Positions 40,219 through 49,130 of a DNA stretch of 64,000 bases are shown piece after piece. Numbering within the stretch: the first letter of the stretch is position 1; each line of letters opens with the position of its first letter. Made by a program: the position numbers and the translations under genes. Origin of the DNA: Nannocystales bacterium (GTDB lineage Bacteria; Myxococcota_A; Polyangia; Nannocystales; Nannocystaceae); NCBI GenBank assembly GCA_050633305.1, contig JBOEGF010000015.1, positions 160,001-224,000 on the forward strand, written 5' to 3'. Under the pieces are notes generated by a model. It ran no database searches and was not told the DNA's origin. It saw nothing but the letters and a program-made list of their open reading frames with translations.

Positions 40219-41040
40219 TTACAGGAGTGACAGCGCCATCGACGGGAGCTGGTTGGCTTGAGCCAACATCGCCGTACCCGCCTGCGACATGATCTGGTTT
40301 CGGGTCAGCGCTGCGGTTTCACGCGCCACGTCGACGTCACGGATTCGCGAGTTCGCAGAGGTGAGGTTTTCTTCCTCGGTGCGAAGGTTCTGCACCGTGA
40401 TCTCGAGGCGGTTCTGAGACGCACCCAGACCTGCGCGAGACGTCGACAGGGCGTCGATGGCTGTGTCGATGGTGCCCAGGGCCGTGGAGGCGCCTGCAGC
40501 CGTCGAGAGGTCCATGGCGTTGACACCCAGGGTGGTGGTGTCGGTCGCCGTGAACGCGACGTCGATCGTGTCGTTTGCGGTCGCATCCTTACCCACCTGC
40601 ATTGAGAACGTGCCGGCATCGCCGCCGAGCATGTTGAAGCCGTTGAACTCGCTGGCCTGCGAGATTCGCTGAACCTCGGCGACGAGCTGGTCATGCTCGG
40701 TGTCGATGAAGGCTCGCTCGTTGTCCGAGATAGCACCGTTGGCACTCTGCACCGCAAGCTCGCGGAGGCGGCCCATGATGTTTTGCTGCTCGTTCATCGC
40801 GCCTTCTGCGATCTGAATCATGGAGACGCCGTCGTTCGCGTTTCTCTCGGCCTGCCCGATACTGCGGATATCTGCTGTCATTCGTGAGGAGATTGCGAGG
40901 CCTGCGGCGTCGTCCGCGGCGCTGTTGATACGCATGCCGGAGCTCAGTCGAGTGATCGACTTTCCTAGCGCTCCTTGCGTCGCGGTGAGGTTGCGTTGCG
41001 CGCCCAAGGACGTCGCGTTGCTGATCATCGAAAAGGACAT
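40219..41040 (-). CDS. fliC: Flagellin (273 aa, D0/D1 only)
   Basis: RLSSGMRINSAADDAAGLAIS, RNANDG.S and SRIRDVD.A.E. Confidence 0.97.
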   Translation of the reverse strand: MSFSMISNATSLGAQRNLTATQGALGKSITRLSSGMRINSAADDAAGLAISSRMTADIRSIGQAERNANDGVSMIQIAEGAMNEQQNIMGRLRELAVQSANGAISDNERAFIDTEHDQLVAEVQRISQASEFNGFNMLGGDAGTFSMQVGKDATANDTIDVAFTATDTTTLGVNAMDLSTAAGASTALGTIDTAIDALSTSRAGLGASQNRLEITVQNLRTEEENLTSANSRIRDVDVARETAALTRNQIMSQAGTAMLAQANQLPSMALSLL

Positions 41041-41104
41041 GGTTTCTTCTTTCTGGGATGGGAGTGGGGTTGGGAATGGGCACCGAGGCGCCCTGTCGTT
41101 GATC

Positions 41105-41131
41105 CAATCGGCGAGAGGCTGGCCGCCTTTA
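41105..41131 (-). promoter_or_regulatory. Sigma28 (FliA) promoter of fliC
   Basis: Minus strand TAAA-GGCGGCCAGCCTCTC(15)-GCCGATTG, 65 nt upstream of the fliC ATG. Confidence 0.85.
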
Positions 41132-41278
41132 GGGCCCGTCATGCCCGGCAATGGCCAACGCGGGACCTTGAGTCCCGAAGCGAGACGGCAGGGCGCGCGC
41201 GGCTGTACCAAACCCCAGAAACAGAAAAACCCGGTGCCTCGAGAGGACACCGGGTTCGGTTGAAGTGCGATTGTGGGC

Positions 41279-42277
41279 TCAGCGGGCGCGGACTGAACGG
41301 CAGTCCGTTTCGTCGATCCCACAACGAATTCGTATGTGGAGGTGGGCGTTGTGGCCCTTGGAGTGCGAGATCACCCGACCTATGCGGCCAAGCTCAGCGG
41401 GCGTCGCACCCATGTCCTTGGCCGCGGCGCGCAACATGCCGTGCAAGCGGCGGCTGAGGAAGATGACCTCGACGTCTCCGGTGTCGATGAACGCACTGAT
41501 GAGCGCCCACGTCGCGTGCCAGTCGGTCTGTGCGTGGTTGGGGTGGGCCCCGCTGCGGTCCAGCCGCGGCAAGCGAACGTCCAGGTCGCGACCCGATTGG
41601 TGCGACTTGTGGGGTGGAAAATGTCCGCCCTCAGCCTTGCTCATCGAGCCGATGGTCAACGTGCCATCCCAGCCGGTGTTGCGGCGGAAGTCCCCGATCG
41701 CCGTCACGACGACCGACACCGCATGGGTGCTGCCGTACGCCAGCTCGGGCTTCCAGATGTCGAACAGCTCGGTCTGCGGCAACGGGATGCCGTTGACGAG
41801 CGTGCCGTCGTTCGGGCTGCCCGTGCTGAGGCCACCAAGCTGGAGATCCACGGCGGGAGCCACCTCGCCCTCGCGGCCTTCGTAGGGGTTCCAGCCAGAT
41901 GACCCCAGGGGGCGAGGCACCACGACCCGCGTTCCGGGCGCGGCGCTCTTGGTGAGCTGCGTGCGCAGCTTGGCCGCGGGAACATCGAGCGAGCGCGCGA
42001 TGCCTTCGACCGTGTCGCCTTCCTGCACGAAGTACACCGCGTTCATGCGCATGACGGGCCGAGCCTTGGCGCGGACCTGCATGACCCGCCCGGGCTTGAT
42101 GCGACCGCTGCCGCTCCCCACCCAGGGGTTCCACTGCCGCACCTGAGCCTCCGATACACCCCAGCGCTTTGCGACCTTGGCGACGGTGTCTCCGCGTTCG
42201 ACCTTGTGGGTCATCCAGCGGCCCTCGGCCTTGGGTGCCGCGAGCAGCGCGGCGGTGATCAGAAGTTGGTGCAGCAT
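41279..42277 (-). CDS. LysM x2 plus MepA-like (penicillin-insensitive) murein endopeptidase
   Basis: HKVERGDT and YFVQEGDT LysM repeats; HKSHQSGRDLD and HNAHLHIR zinc motifs. Confidence 0.88.
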   Translation of the reverse strand: MLHQLLITAALLAAPKAEGRWMTHKVERGDTVAKVAKRWGVSEAQVRQWNPWVGSGSGRIKPGRVMQVRAKARPVMRMNAVYFVQEGDTVEGIARSLDVPAAKLRTQLTKSAAPGTRVVVPRPLGSSGWNPYEGREGEVAPAVDLQLGGLSTGSPNDGTLVNGIPLPQTELFDIWKPELAYGSTHAVSVVVTAIGDFRRNTGWDGTLTIGSMSKAEGGHFPPHKSHQSGRDLDVRLPRLDRSGAHPNHAQTDWHATWALISAFIDTGDVEVIFLSRRLHGMLRAAAKDMGATPAELGRIGRVISHSKGHNAHLHIRIRCGIDETDCRSVRAR

Positions 42278-42284
42278 CAGGGTT

Positions 42285-43568
42285 CTATCGCTTCAGGTTG
42301 TTCACTTCGGTGAGCATCTCGTCCGCAGTACTGATCGTGCGGGAGTTGGCTTGGAAGGCCCGCTGGTAGGCGATGAGCGTGACGAGCTCCTCCCCGAGGT
42401 CGACGTTGGAGCCCTCGAGGGCGCCCGAAGCGATGGAGCCGCGTCCCGACGTGCCGGCTTCGCCCAAGAGTGCTTGTCCGGAGTCTCGGGATGCGCTCCA
42501 CAACTGGTCGCCTTCGCGGCGCAGGTTCTCCGGGGCGCGGAAGGTCGCGAGGGCGAGCTTGGCCAGCGGTTCGGTCTCGCCGTTGGAGTACAGCCCCGAT
42601 ACGGTGCCGTCCTCGGCGGTGATCACGTCGATCAAGTCTCCAGGTTCGCGCCCGTTTTGGTCGAAGGACTCCACGGCGGAGGCTCCAGCCACCATGCTCG
42701 AACCCGTGCCGGTGCCACCGTCGGTGGTGATCGCGTCGCCGAAGTCGAACTGAATCGCCTGCCCGGCGGTGGCGCCCAGGAAGTCTGCGGACGAGCCGTT
42801 CAACGTCTCGGTATCGAGGTTGCCGTCGGTGTCAAAACCGAGCGTTCCGTCGGCGATCTCCGTGAGGACCCCGGGGGTGCCGCCGTTGAGCTCGTCGCCC
42901 ATCACCATCGCGTGCCATTCGAAGGCGCCGCCGCCGTTGTTCGTGAAGAACATCTGCACGTCATGCGCGTTGCCGAGCGAGTCGTAGACCGTCGCGCTGG
43001 TCTGGTAGTCCGACGTGTTCACGGGGTCGAGGGGGTCGAACGCGACGCCCGGGGTGTCGTCGGTGGGGCTGAGGTTGAGGTCCATGTTGGCGGTGGTCGT
43101 CGCGACCGGAGGCGACTGACCGCTGATCTCGATGTCCCCCACGCCGCCGGTGGGGTCGCCGTTCGCGTCGACCTGGTAGCCCTGCACGCGAAGGCCGTCC
43201 TGGTTCACCATCATGCCCTCGTTGTTGAGGCTGAACCGACCGTTGCGGGTGTAGTAGCTGCCCTCGATGCCGTCGTTCTCGCCGACGACCTCGAAGAATC
43301 CACCGCCTTGAATCGCGTAGTCGAGGCTGCCGCCGCTTTGAAGGAAGCTACCCTGCCCAAATCCCTGCGACACACTCCCCATCGTCACGCCAGCACCGAG
43401 GTTCTGGCCCCCGTTGGTGCGCCGACCCAAGACGTCGTTGAAGTTGGCCGAACCGGACTTGAAGCCCACGGTCGAGACGTTTGCGATGTTGTCACCGACG
43501 ACGTTGATCGCGTCGCCGTGCGCGGTGAGGCCGCTGCGGCCCGTGTATAGAGAACTCCAGATGGACAT
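42285..43568 (-). CDS. flgE: Flagellar hook protein
   Basis: GDNIANVSTVGFK, YTRNG.F and LEGSNVDL..ELV.LI..QRAFQAN. Confidence 0.95.
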   Translation of the reverse strand: MSIWSSLYTGRSGLTAHGDAINVVGDNIANVSTVGFKSGSANFNDVLGRRTNGGQNLGAGVTMGSVSQGFGQGSFLQSGGSLDYAIQGGGFFEVVGENDGIEGSYYTRNGRFSLNNEGMMVNQDGLRVQGYQVDANGDPTGGVGDIEISGQSPPVATTTANMDLNLSPTDDTPGVAFDPLDPVNTSDYQTSATVYDSLGNAHDVQMFFTNNGGGAFEWHAMVMGDELNGGTPGVLTEIADGTLGFDTDGNLDTETLNGSSADFLGATAGQAIQFDFGDAITTDGGTGTGSSMVAGASAVESFDQNGREPGDLIDVITAEDGTVSGLYSNGETEPLAKLALATFRAPENLRREGDQLWSASRDSGQALLGEAGTSGRGSIASGALEGSNVDLGEELVTLIAYQRAFQANSRTISTADEMLTEVNNLKR

Positions 43569-43601
43569 GGTCTTGTGACTCCTTGCTGTTTGGGGGGAGG
43601 G

Positions 43602-44282
43602 TTAGGCGTCCGGTTCGGAGACCGCGGTCAGAGAGAGAATCGAGCCGGGATCGAGCAGCAAAGAGCCGAATCCGAACATCGTGGCGCCGTCGTCAGTGAA
43701 TTCGACCGAGCTCGCAACGCCAGAGATCGTCGCGCTGGCTCCAACCTCACCCTCGGTCTCGTGGGTTGCGATGATTTCTACGGTGTAGCTTCCGGGGGGA
43801 AGGGGCTCGCCGTTGCGGCCGGTCCCATCCCAACTGAAGGCACTCTCACCTTCTGAGCGTGACTCGAGGTCGATGCGCTTGACCTCCTCTCCGGTCTCGT
43901 CGTGGATCACGACTTCGACCGAGTCGGCAGCCCCGTCGAGGTTGAGCGTCAGGTCCATGGGTCCGCCGTCTTCTTTGAGACGGAAACGAGAGAAGTCCGC
44001 GTCGATCGATTTTCCAACGAGGTCCATCATCGCTGCGCGCGATGACGACTGCCCGGACGCCTGCAGCCCTTCGAGGCGTTCGTTGGTCTCGAGGCCGAGT
44101 TCGATGTTGGTGAACTGGGCCAGCTGCGCGACGAACTCCGCCCCGTCTTGCGGGTTGAGCGGATCTTGATTCTGCATCTGTGCAACGAGGAGCTTGAGAA
44201 ACTCGTCTTGTTGCGTCTTGTTTTCTTCGGGCAGCTCGGGTGGCGAGTACAGGGGCCCGGTGTTGGTCTGTTCGATCTGCAT
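43602..44282 (-). CDS. flgD: Hook capping protein
   Basis: FLKLLVAQMQNQDPLNP, QLAQF and F.WDG....G. Confidence 0.95.
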   Translation of the reverse strand: MQIEQTNTGPLYSPPELPEENKTQQDEFLKLLVAQMQNQDPLNPQDGAEFVAQLAQFTNIELGLETNERLEGLQASGQSSSRAAMMDLVGKSIDADFSRFRLKEDGGPMDLTLNLDGAADSVEVVIHDETGEEVKRIDLESRSEGESAFSWDGTGRNGEPLPPGSYTVEIIATHETEGEVGASATISGVASSVEFTDDGATMFGFGSLLLDPGSILSLTAVSEPDA

Positions 44283-44301
44283 GACGTACCTCGTGCGGGG
44301 T

Positions 44302-45555
44302 TCAGGCCACGACCCGGAAGCCGGTGGGGATCACCCAGGTCTGGCGTCCGTCGTCCACAAAGCCCAAGTCGCGCTCACCCTGCTCGGGTGTTGGGACGAT
44401 GCTCGGTGGCTGGCGCTGTTCGGGGTGCTCGGAGTCGTTGGGTGTGTCCGCGTCGGCGCCGTTGCCACCAAACGAGAGCTCGGTCAGCTCGAGGTCGTGT
44501 CGATCCAGTGCCTCGCGCAGGGCGTCGATGTCTCGCTGAATGGCATCGGTGAACCCGCCGACGGCGGTGGCTTCCACCATCACGTGTTTGCCGGCCGTGG
44601 TGATCGCGAGTTCGATCTGACCGTCTGCGGTGTCCACCGTAATCGCCGCGCGGTTGAGCGCGGTGCGAAGCACCTCCACGTTGCGGGCGACGGCGCCTTC
44701 GGGGTCGGCCGACGTGAACACGTTTCCGTCGGACCCGTACGAGGTCCCGGCGTCGTGTGAGACGGTCGGAACCGCGGAGAGGAAGGATGAGGAGTGGTCG
44801 GGGCTCGCGGCCGGGCCGTCGAAGTCGGCGATGGGAGCAAAGTTGGCCGAGGCGTCCTCGACGGGGGCTGCGTCATCCTGAACGGTGAGAGCCATCTCGA
44901 ACGCGCCGAGGGCATCGTCGAGGTCGACGAGAGGATCGGCATCGGGTTCGAGGGCTTCCCATCCCAGCTCCTGGACCAGAGGGAGTTCGCCCTCTTCGTC
45001 CTGGAACTCCATCTCCAGAGCGGTGGCGAGCATGACCTCCTCGGGAGGGGTCTGAACCAGCTCGGGATCGGGGCCTCGACTTTGTCCCCACGTGGGTGCG
45101 GGGGGCAGCCACGGGTCGTCGGAGTACGCCTGCGAGGACGGCACCGCCGGGGCTTCTTCTGGGGGAGCGTCGCCACCGAGGTCGGCGAACGTCGGGAAAC
45201 GAACGAATGTGCCGCGAGTCTGCGCGTAGGGGAGAGTCTGGCGCTTGGCCGTCTCCGCTGGATCCTCGGCCTGTCCTTTCGGGGCGCGGAGCTTCATCTC
45301 AGCGATGACGGTTCCGGTGGGTCCCTTGAGGTCGTCGAGATTTCCGAACTCCGCGGGTGCAGCGTCGTATCGGGACCGCTTGCGCGGCGCTCGGCGAGCC
45401 TCGATGGTCGCCGCGGGCTTGGGTTTCGGTTTGGGCTCGGGCTGCGTCTCTCGGTCGAGGATCTCGGCGAAGCCGCCGCGGGCTTTCTTGCGGTTGACGT
45501 TTCGAGCGCGCGGAAGCACCGCGTCGGTTTTGGCCGCGAAGTTGGTCTTGGTCAT
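44302..45555 (-). CDS. fliK: Putative hook-length control protein
   Basis: Low-complexity Pro/Ala/acidic body, C-terminal L.E.L...DL.L..L domain, position between fliJ and flgD. Confidence 0.65.
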   Translation of the reverse strand: MTKTNFAAKTDAVLPRARNVNRKKARGGFAEILDRETQPEPKPKPKPAATIEARRAPRKRSRYDAAPAEFGNLDDLKGPTGTVIAEMKLRAPKGQAEDPAETAKRQTLPYAQTRGTFVRFPTFADLGGDAPPEEAPAVPSSQAYSDDPWLPPAPTWGQSRGPDPELVQTPPEEVMLATALEMEFQDEEGELPLVQELGWEALEPDADPLVDLDDALGAFEMALTVQDDAAPVEDASANFAPIADFDGPAASPDHSSSFLSAVPTVSHDAGTSYGSDGNVFTSADPEGAVARNVEVLRTALNRAAITVDTADGQIELAITTAGKHVMVEATAVGGFTDAIQRDIDALREALDRHDLELTELSFGGNGADADTPNDSEHPEQRQPPSIVPTPEQGERDLGFVDDGRQTWVIPTGFRVVA

Positions 45556-46004
45556 GAGTCCTCACTCTTCTTGAGCACGCTGAGGTCATCGGTGAGCGAC
45601 TGCTCGAGTCGCTCCAGTGCGTGGCGTAGGCGTTTGCGATGGGTCAAGACCATCTGTTCGGCGGCGGAGAGGCGTGCATCACTTCCCCGCAGCGCCTCCA
45701 CGGCTTGGTCTCGGTCAGCACGCTCGCGGTGGAGCGCCTTGCGTTGTTCTTCTGCGTACGCGGTCCGGTTGTTTCGTTTTTCGAGGGCGGCTTCGAAACT
45801 GGAGATCGAACTCCAGCGGGGCGAGCCTTCGCGAAATTCGGCGTCCTGGTCCTCGATGGCGCTCGTTGCAGCGGCAACCGCCTCGGTCTGGGCATGCACG
45901 CGTTGGTTGGCCTCGGCGACCTCCATCGTGGCCTTGCTCTGCTGGACGAGCCGGAGCCGAACGAGCTTCTTTGCGTTGCGTAGTTGGCGTCTGTTCTCGC
46001 TCAT
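45552..46004 (-). CDS. fliJ: Putative flagellar export chaperone FliJ
   Basis: 150-aa coiled coil directly after fliI. Confidence 0.7.
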   Translation of the reverse strand: MSENRRQLRNAKKLVRLRLVQQSKATMEVAEANQRVHAQTEAVAAATSAIEDQDAEFREGSPRWSSISSFEAALEKRNNRTAYAEEQRKALHRERADRDQAVEALRGSDARLSAAEQMVLTHRKRLRHALERLEQSLTDDLSVLKKSEDS

Positions 46005-47320
46005 CCTTGAGTCCCTTTGCGGCCCAGTGCGTTCGCGAGCCCTTGCAGTGCGGAGGCACGATCAGAGGCTTCCTCGGGCGATTGCGTGGACCAGCCGTCG
46101 AGGCGTTTGCCAAGTGCGAGCACTTCGTCGAACTCGGTGTTTTGTCCCGGCTGGTACGCGCCCAACCGTCGCAAGTCCTCGACTTCCGAACGTTGGGCAA
46201 GAAGCGCTCGTGCGCCACCGGCAAGAGACAGGGCGTCGGGGTGACACACCTGCCGCATGACGCGGGAAGCACTGGGCAGGACGTCGACGGCCGGGAAGTG
46301 CCCCCGGGCGGCGAGGTCTCGCGAGAGCACGATGTGTCCATCGAGCAACGAGCGGGCCGAGTCGGCCACTGGGTCGGACAGATCGTCTCCCTCCACCAGA
46401 ACTGTGTAGAACCCGGTGATCGATCCACCAGACCGAAGAGGGGCCACTCGCTCGAGCAATTGCGGTAGCAGCGCAAAAACCGAGGGTGGGTACCCCTTCG
46501 TGGCGGGCAGTTCTCCGGCCGCGAGTCCGACCTCGCGACGCGCCATGGCGTATCGAGTCAACGAATCGACCACCAGCAGGACGTCTTTACCCTCGGCGGC
46601 AAAAGACTCGGCGATCGTTGTTGCGGCAAGCGCCCCACGTGCACGCTCGAGGGGGGAGCGGTCGGATGTTGCGACCACGAGGACCGAGCTGTCGAGGTCG
46701 AACTCGTGCATGACGTCCGCGACCTCGCACCCACGCTCGCCAATCAGCGCGATCACCTTCACGTCGGCCTTGGCCTGGGTGGCGATCTGTCGGATGAGAA
46801 CCGTCTTGCCCACGCCCGCGCCTGCGAAGAGACCCACTCGCTGTCCGCGTCCGGCCGTGAGCAGGCCGTCGACAACCCGGACGCCAGTCTCGAATGGCTC
46901 TTGAATGGGCCGGCGCTCGTGTGGGGCGGGAGCGGTTCGTTCGAGCGGTAGGAGGTCGGCGGTGTGCGGCCGTGGCCGTCCGTCGAGCGGCTCGCCGAAC
47001 GGATCGATCACCCGCCCGATCAGCTCCGGCCCCACGCCCACCATCGCGCCACCGCCACGCACCCGCACTCGGGCTCCGGGCCGAACACCCTCGATGCTCC
47101 CGTAGGGCATGAGCAGGCCCGCACCACCGCGAAACCCGACGACCTCGGCGAGTACGGTCCCGTTTTCGACCAGGACGTGGACGAGGTCACCGACCTGCAC
47201 CGACGGGAGCTCGGCTTCAAGAATCGTGCCCGAGGCTCGGATGACCCGGCCGTATCGAAGCCCAAGATTCGGGCGCGCTAGCGTATCGCGCACCGCCGAG
47301 AGTGCGCGTCCGGGGATCAC
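46001..47320 (-). CDS. fliI: Flagellar export ATPase
   Basis: GRGQRVGLFAGAGVGKT, DSLTRYAMA.RE, GYPPSVF and LDGHIVLSR. Confidence 0.95.
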   Translation of the reverse strand: MIPGRALSAVRDTLARPNLGLRYGRVIRASGTILEAELPSVQVGDLVHVLVENGTVLAEVVGFRGGAGLLMPYGSIEGVRPGARVRVRGGGAMVGVGPELIGRVIDPFGEPLDGRPRPHTADLLPLERTAPAPHERRPIQEPFETGVRVVDGLLTAGRGQRVGLFAGAGVGKTVLIRQIATQAKADVKVIALIGERGCEVADVMHEFDLDSSVLVVATSDRSPLERARGALAATTIAESFAAEGKDVLLVVDSLTRYAMARREVGLAAGELPATKGYPPSVFALLPQLLERVAPLRSGGSITGFYTVLVEGDDLSDPVADSARSLLDGHIVLSRDLAARGHFPAVDVLPSASRVMRQVCHPDALSLAGGARALLAQRSEVEDLRRLGAYQPGQNTEFDEVLALGKRLDGWSTQSPEEASDRASALQGLANALGRKGTQG

Positions 47321-48042
47321 GGTGTGGCCTCGGACGGTTGGGGTTCATCGGTCGCCTCGTCGTTGGGATCGTCTTGGAGCGCCTCGTCGGATCGAACCGC
47401 CGCAGCGAGCTCCTCTCGGAGTGTGGCGATGCGTTCGGTCAGTCGCGCATCGACCACGAGCTGCTCTGCCTCGACGATGAGGTCGCCGGGCGACATCGCA
47501 GGGTCGGGGTCCACGTGCACAAAGGACGCTTCTTGCGTTTCGAGGTGTGTCTTGACGTGTGCCACCTCGCTGGGCGCAACCCGGACACGAATGGGGTGCT
47601 CGGATGAAAACTCGACCAAGGCTGTTTCGAGGAGCGAAGTGACCTTGCTTTGGTCCACCTCAAACGCGCGACCGGCCAACGCGTGGGCGATCTCGACCGC
47701 CAACGCGACCGCATCCTTGGCGAGGACCCGACACGCGCGCGCCCGGCTCTGCTCGAGCGTCTGCACAGCGCCGTGGAACTTGGAGCGCTCCTGTTCGAAC
47801 GTGGCGCTCTGAGCCGCGTTCTTCGACTGCAGTGCGTCGACCTGACGTTGGGCGGCGTCGAGCAGAACTTGCAGGTCGACCTCGGGCGACGTGTTGTCGA
47901 GCGGGCGAGCCTTGTACGGACGGCCGGCGGTCGGCGTGGACTGTGGCGCTTCCGTTGCGGCTCCTGGAAACCGTGGGGCGGGGGCCGGCCCAGAGCCAGC
48001 CCGAGCCGACTGAGGCGGGGTGAACGGGCGCAGCTTGCTCAC
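47317..48042 (-). CDS. fliH: Flagellar assembly protein FliH
   Basis: Between fliG and fliI; coiled coil plus C-terminal DP.M.PGD.I.E....VDAR. Confidence 0.8.
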   Translation of the reverse strand: MSKLRPFTPPQSARAGSGPAPAPRFPGAATEAPQSTPTAGRPYKARPLDNTSPEVDLQVLLDAAQRQVDALQSKNAAQSATFEQERSKFHGAVQTLEQSRARACRVLAKDAVALAVEIAHALAGRAFEVDQSKVTSLLETALVEFSSEHPIRVRVAPSEVAHVKTHLETQEASFVHVDPDPAMSPGDLIVEAEQLVVDARLTERIATLREELAAAVRSDEALQDDPNDEATDEPQPSEATP

Positions 48043-49130
48043 ACCATCTCCTCGCCACCCGCACCGGGCATATTGATCTGCCCGGCTTCAGAGAGGCGAA
48101 TGACAACCTCGACGGCGTCGCGCTGCGCCTTCTCGACCTCTGAGAGTTTGGTCGGCGGAAGCAGCGGTAGCTCTTCGACGATCTGTTTGGCAGCTCGAGA
48201 GGAGACCCCGGAGAGGAGGTGGTCGCGCAGCTCGTCGTTGGCGGTCTTGAGGGCGACGAGGATGGTGTCCTTGTCGACCTCTCGCATGAGCAGCTGGACT
48301 TCCCGGACGCTCAGGCGGGCCAGGTCCTCGAACGTGAACATGGCGTCGCGGATCTGCTGGGCGATGCTCACGCCCTCGTCACCATCATCGTCGTCGTCAT
48401 CGAGGTCGTCATCGTCGTCGTCGTCGAGGTCGAAGTCGTCATCGTCGTCATCCCCGCTCTCGCGTTCCTCGATGCCTTCGAGGATCGGTTCGCGCAGCTC
48501 CGAGGTGATCTCGTTGAGGACCCCGGCGGTGAAGCGAATCGAGTCAAACTCGTTGCGTGTCTCCAAAGACGCGATGCCTCCGGCGGCTTCCAGTGCGCGG
48601 GCGAGCTCTTCGGAGACGATCTCGACTTGCTGCATCGGGACCTCCTCCAGCTCGACGATGCGGCCGATCAGGTCCATGCGTTTCTCGTTGGGAAGGACCT
48701 CCAGCACCTGGGCGGCCTTCTCGGGCGGGAGCTGGGTGAGGAGCACGGCTGCGATCTGTGGGTGCTCGTTGGTGAGCAGCTCGGCGAGCGTGGGCGCATG
48801 GGCACCCCGGAGAGCCTCGAGCGCGGGTGGAACCTCGCGAGGCGGAAGGAACAGCGACTGCGCCCGCTCCTCGCCGACCGCATCGGTCACCAGTTGGCGC
48901 GCATACTCGCCACCTGCGCCCGCACTCAGGGGCAACTTCATCGCACTGCAAAACATACGTGCGACCTCCTCGACCGACTCAGACTTGACCTTGGGAAGCA
49001 TCGCCGAGAGTTCGGTCAGCTGACGAAGCTCGTTGTCGTCGAGGTGACGCAAGATCGTCCGAGCGACGACCTGGTCGAGGCTGAGAATCAAAGCGGCGGC
49101 CCGCTGTTGCTCGGTGAGGGCGTTGTTCAT
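48039..49130 (-). CDS. fliG: Motor switch protein FliG
   Basis: RAAALILSL, EHPQ.AAVL, MFTFEDL and SSRAA...EEL. Confidence 0.95.
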   Translation of the reverse strand: MNNALTEQQRAAALILSLDQVVARTILRHLDDNELRQLTELSAMLPKVKSESVEEVARMFCSAMKLPLSAGAGGEYARQLVTDAVGEERAQSLFLPPREVPPALEALRGAHAPTLAELLTNEHPQIAAVLLTQLPPEKAAQVLEVLPNEKRMDLIGRIVELEEVPMQQVEIVSEELARALEAAGGIASLETRNEFDSIRFTAGVLNEITSELREPILEGIEERESGDDDDDDFDLDDDDDDDLDDDDDDGDEGVSIAQQIRDAMFTFEDLARLSVREVQLLMREVDKDTILVALKTANDELRDHLLSGVSSRAAKQIVEELPLLPPTKLSEVEKAQRDAVEVVIRLSEAGQINMPGAGGEEMV

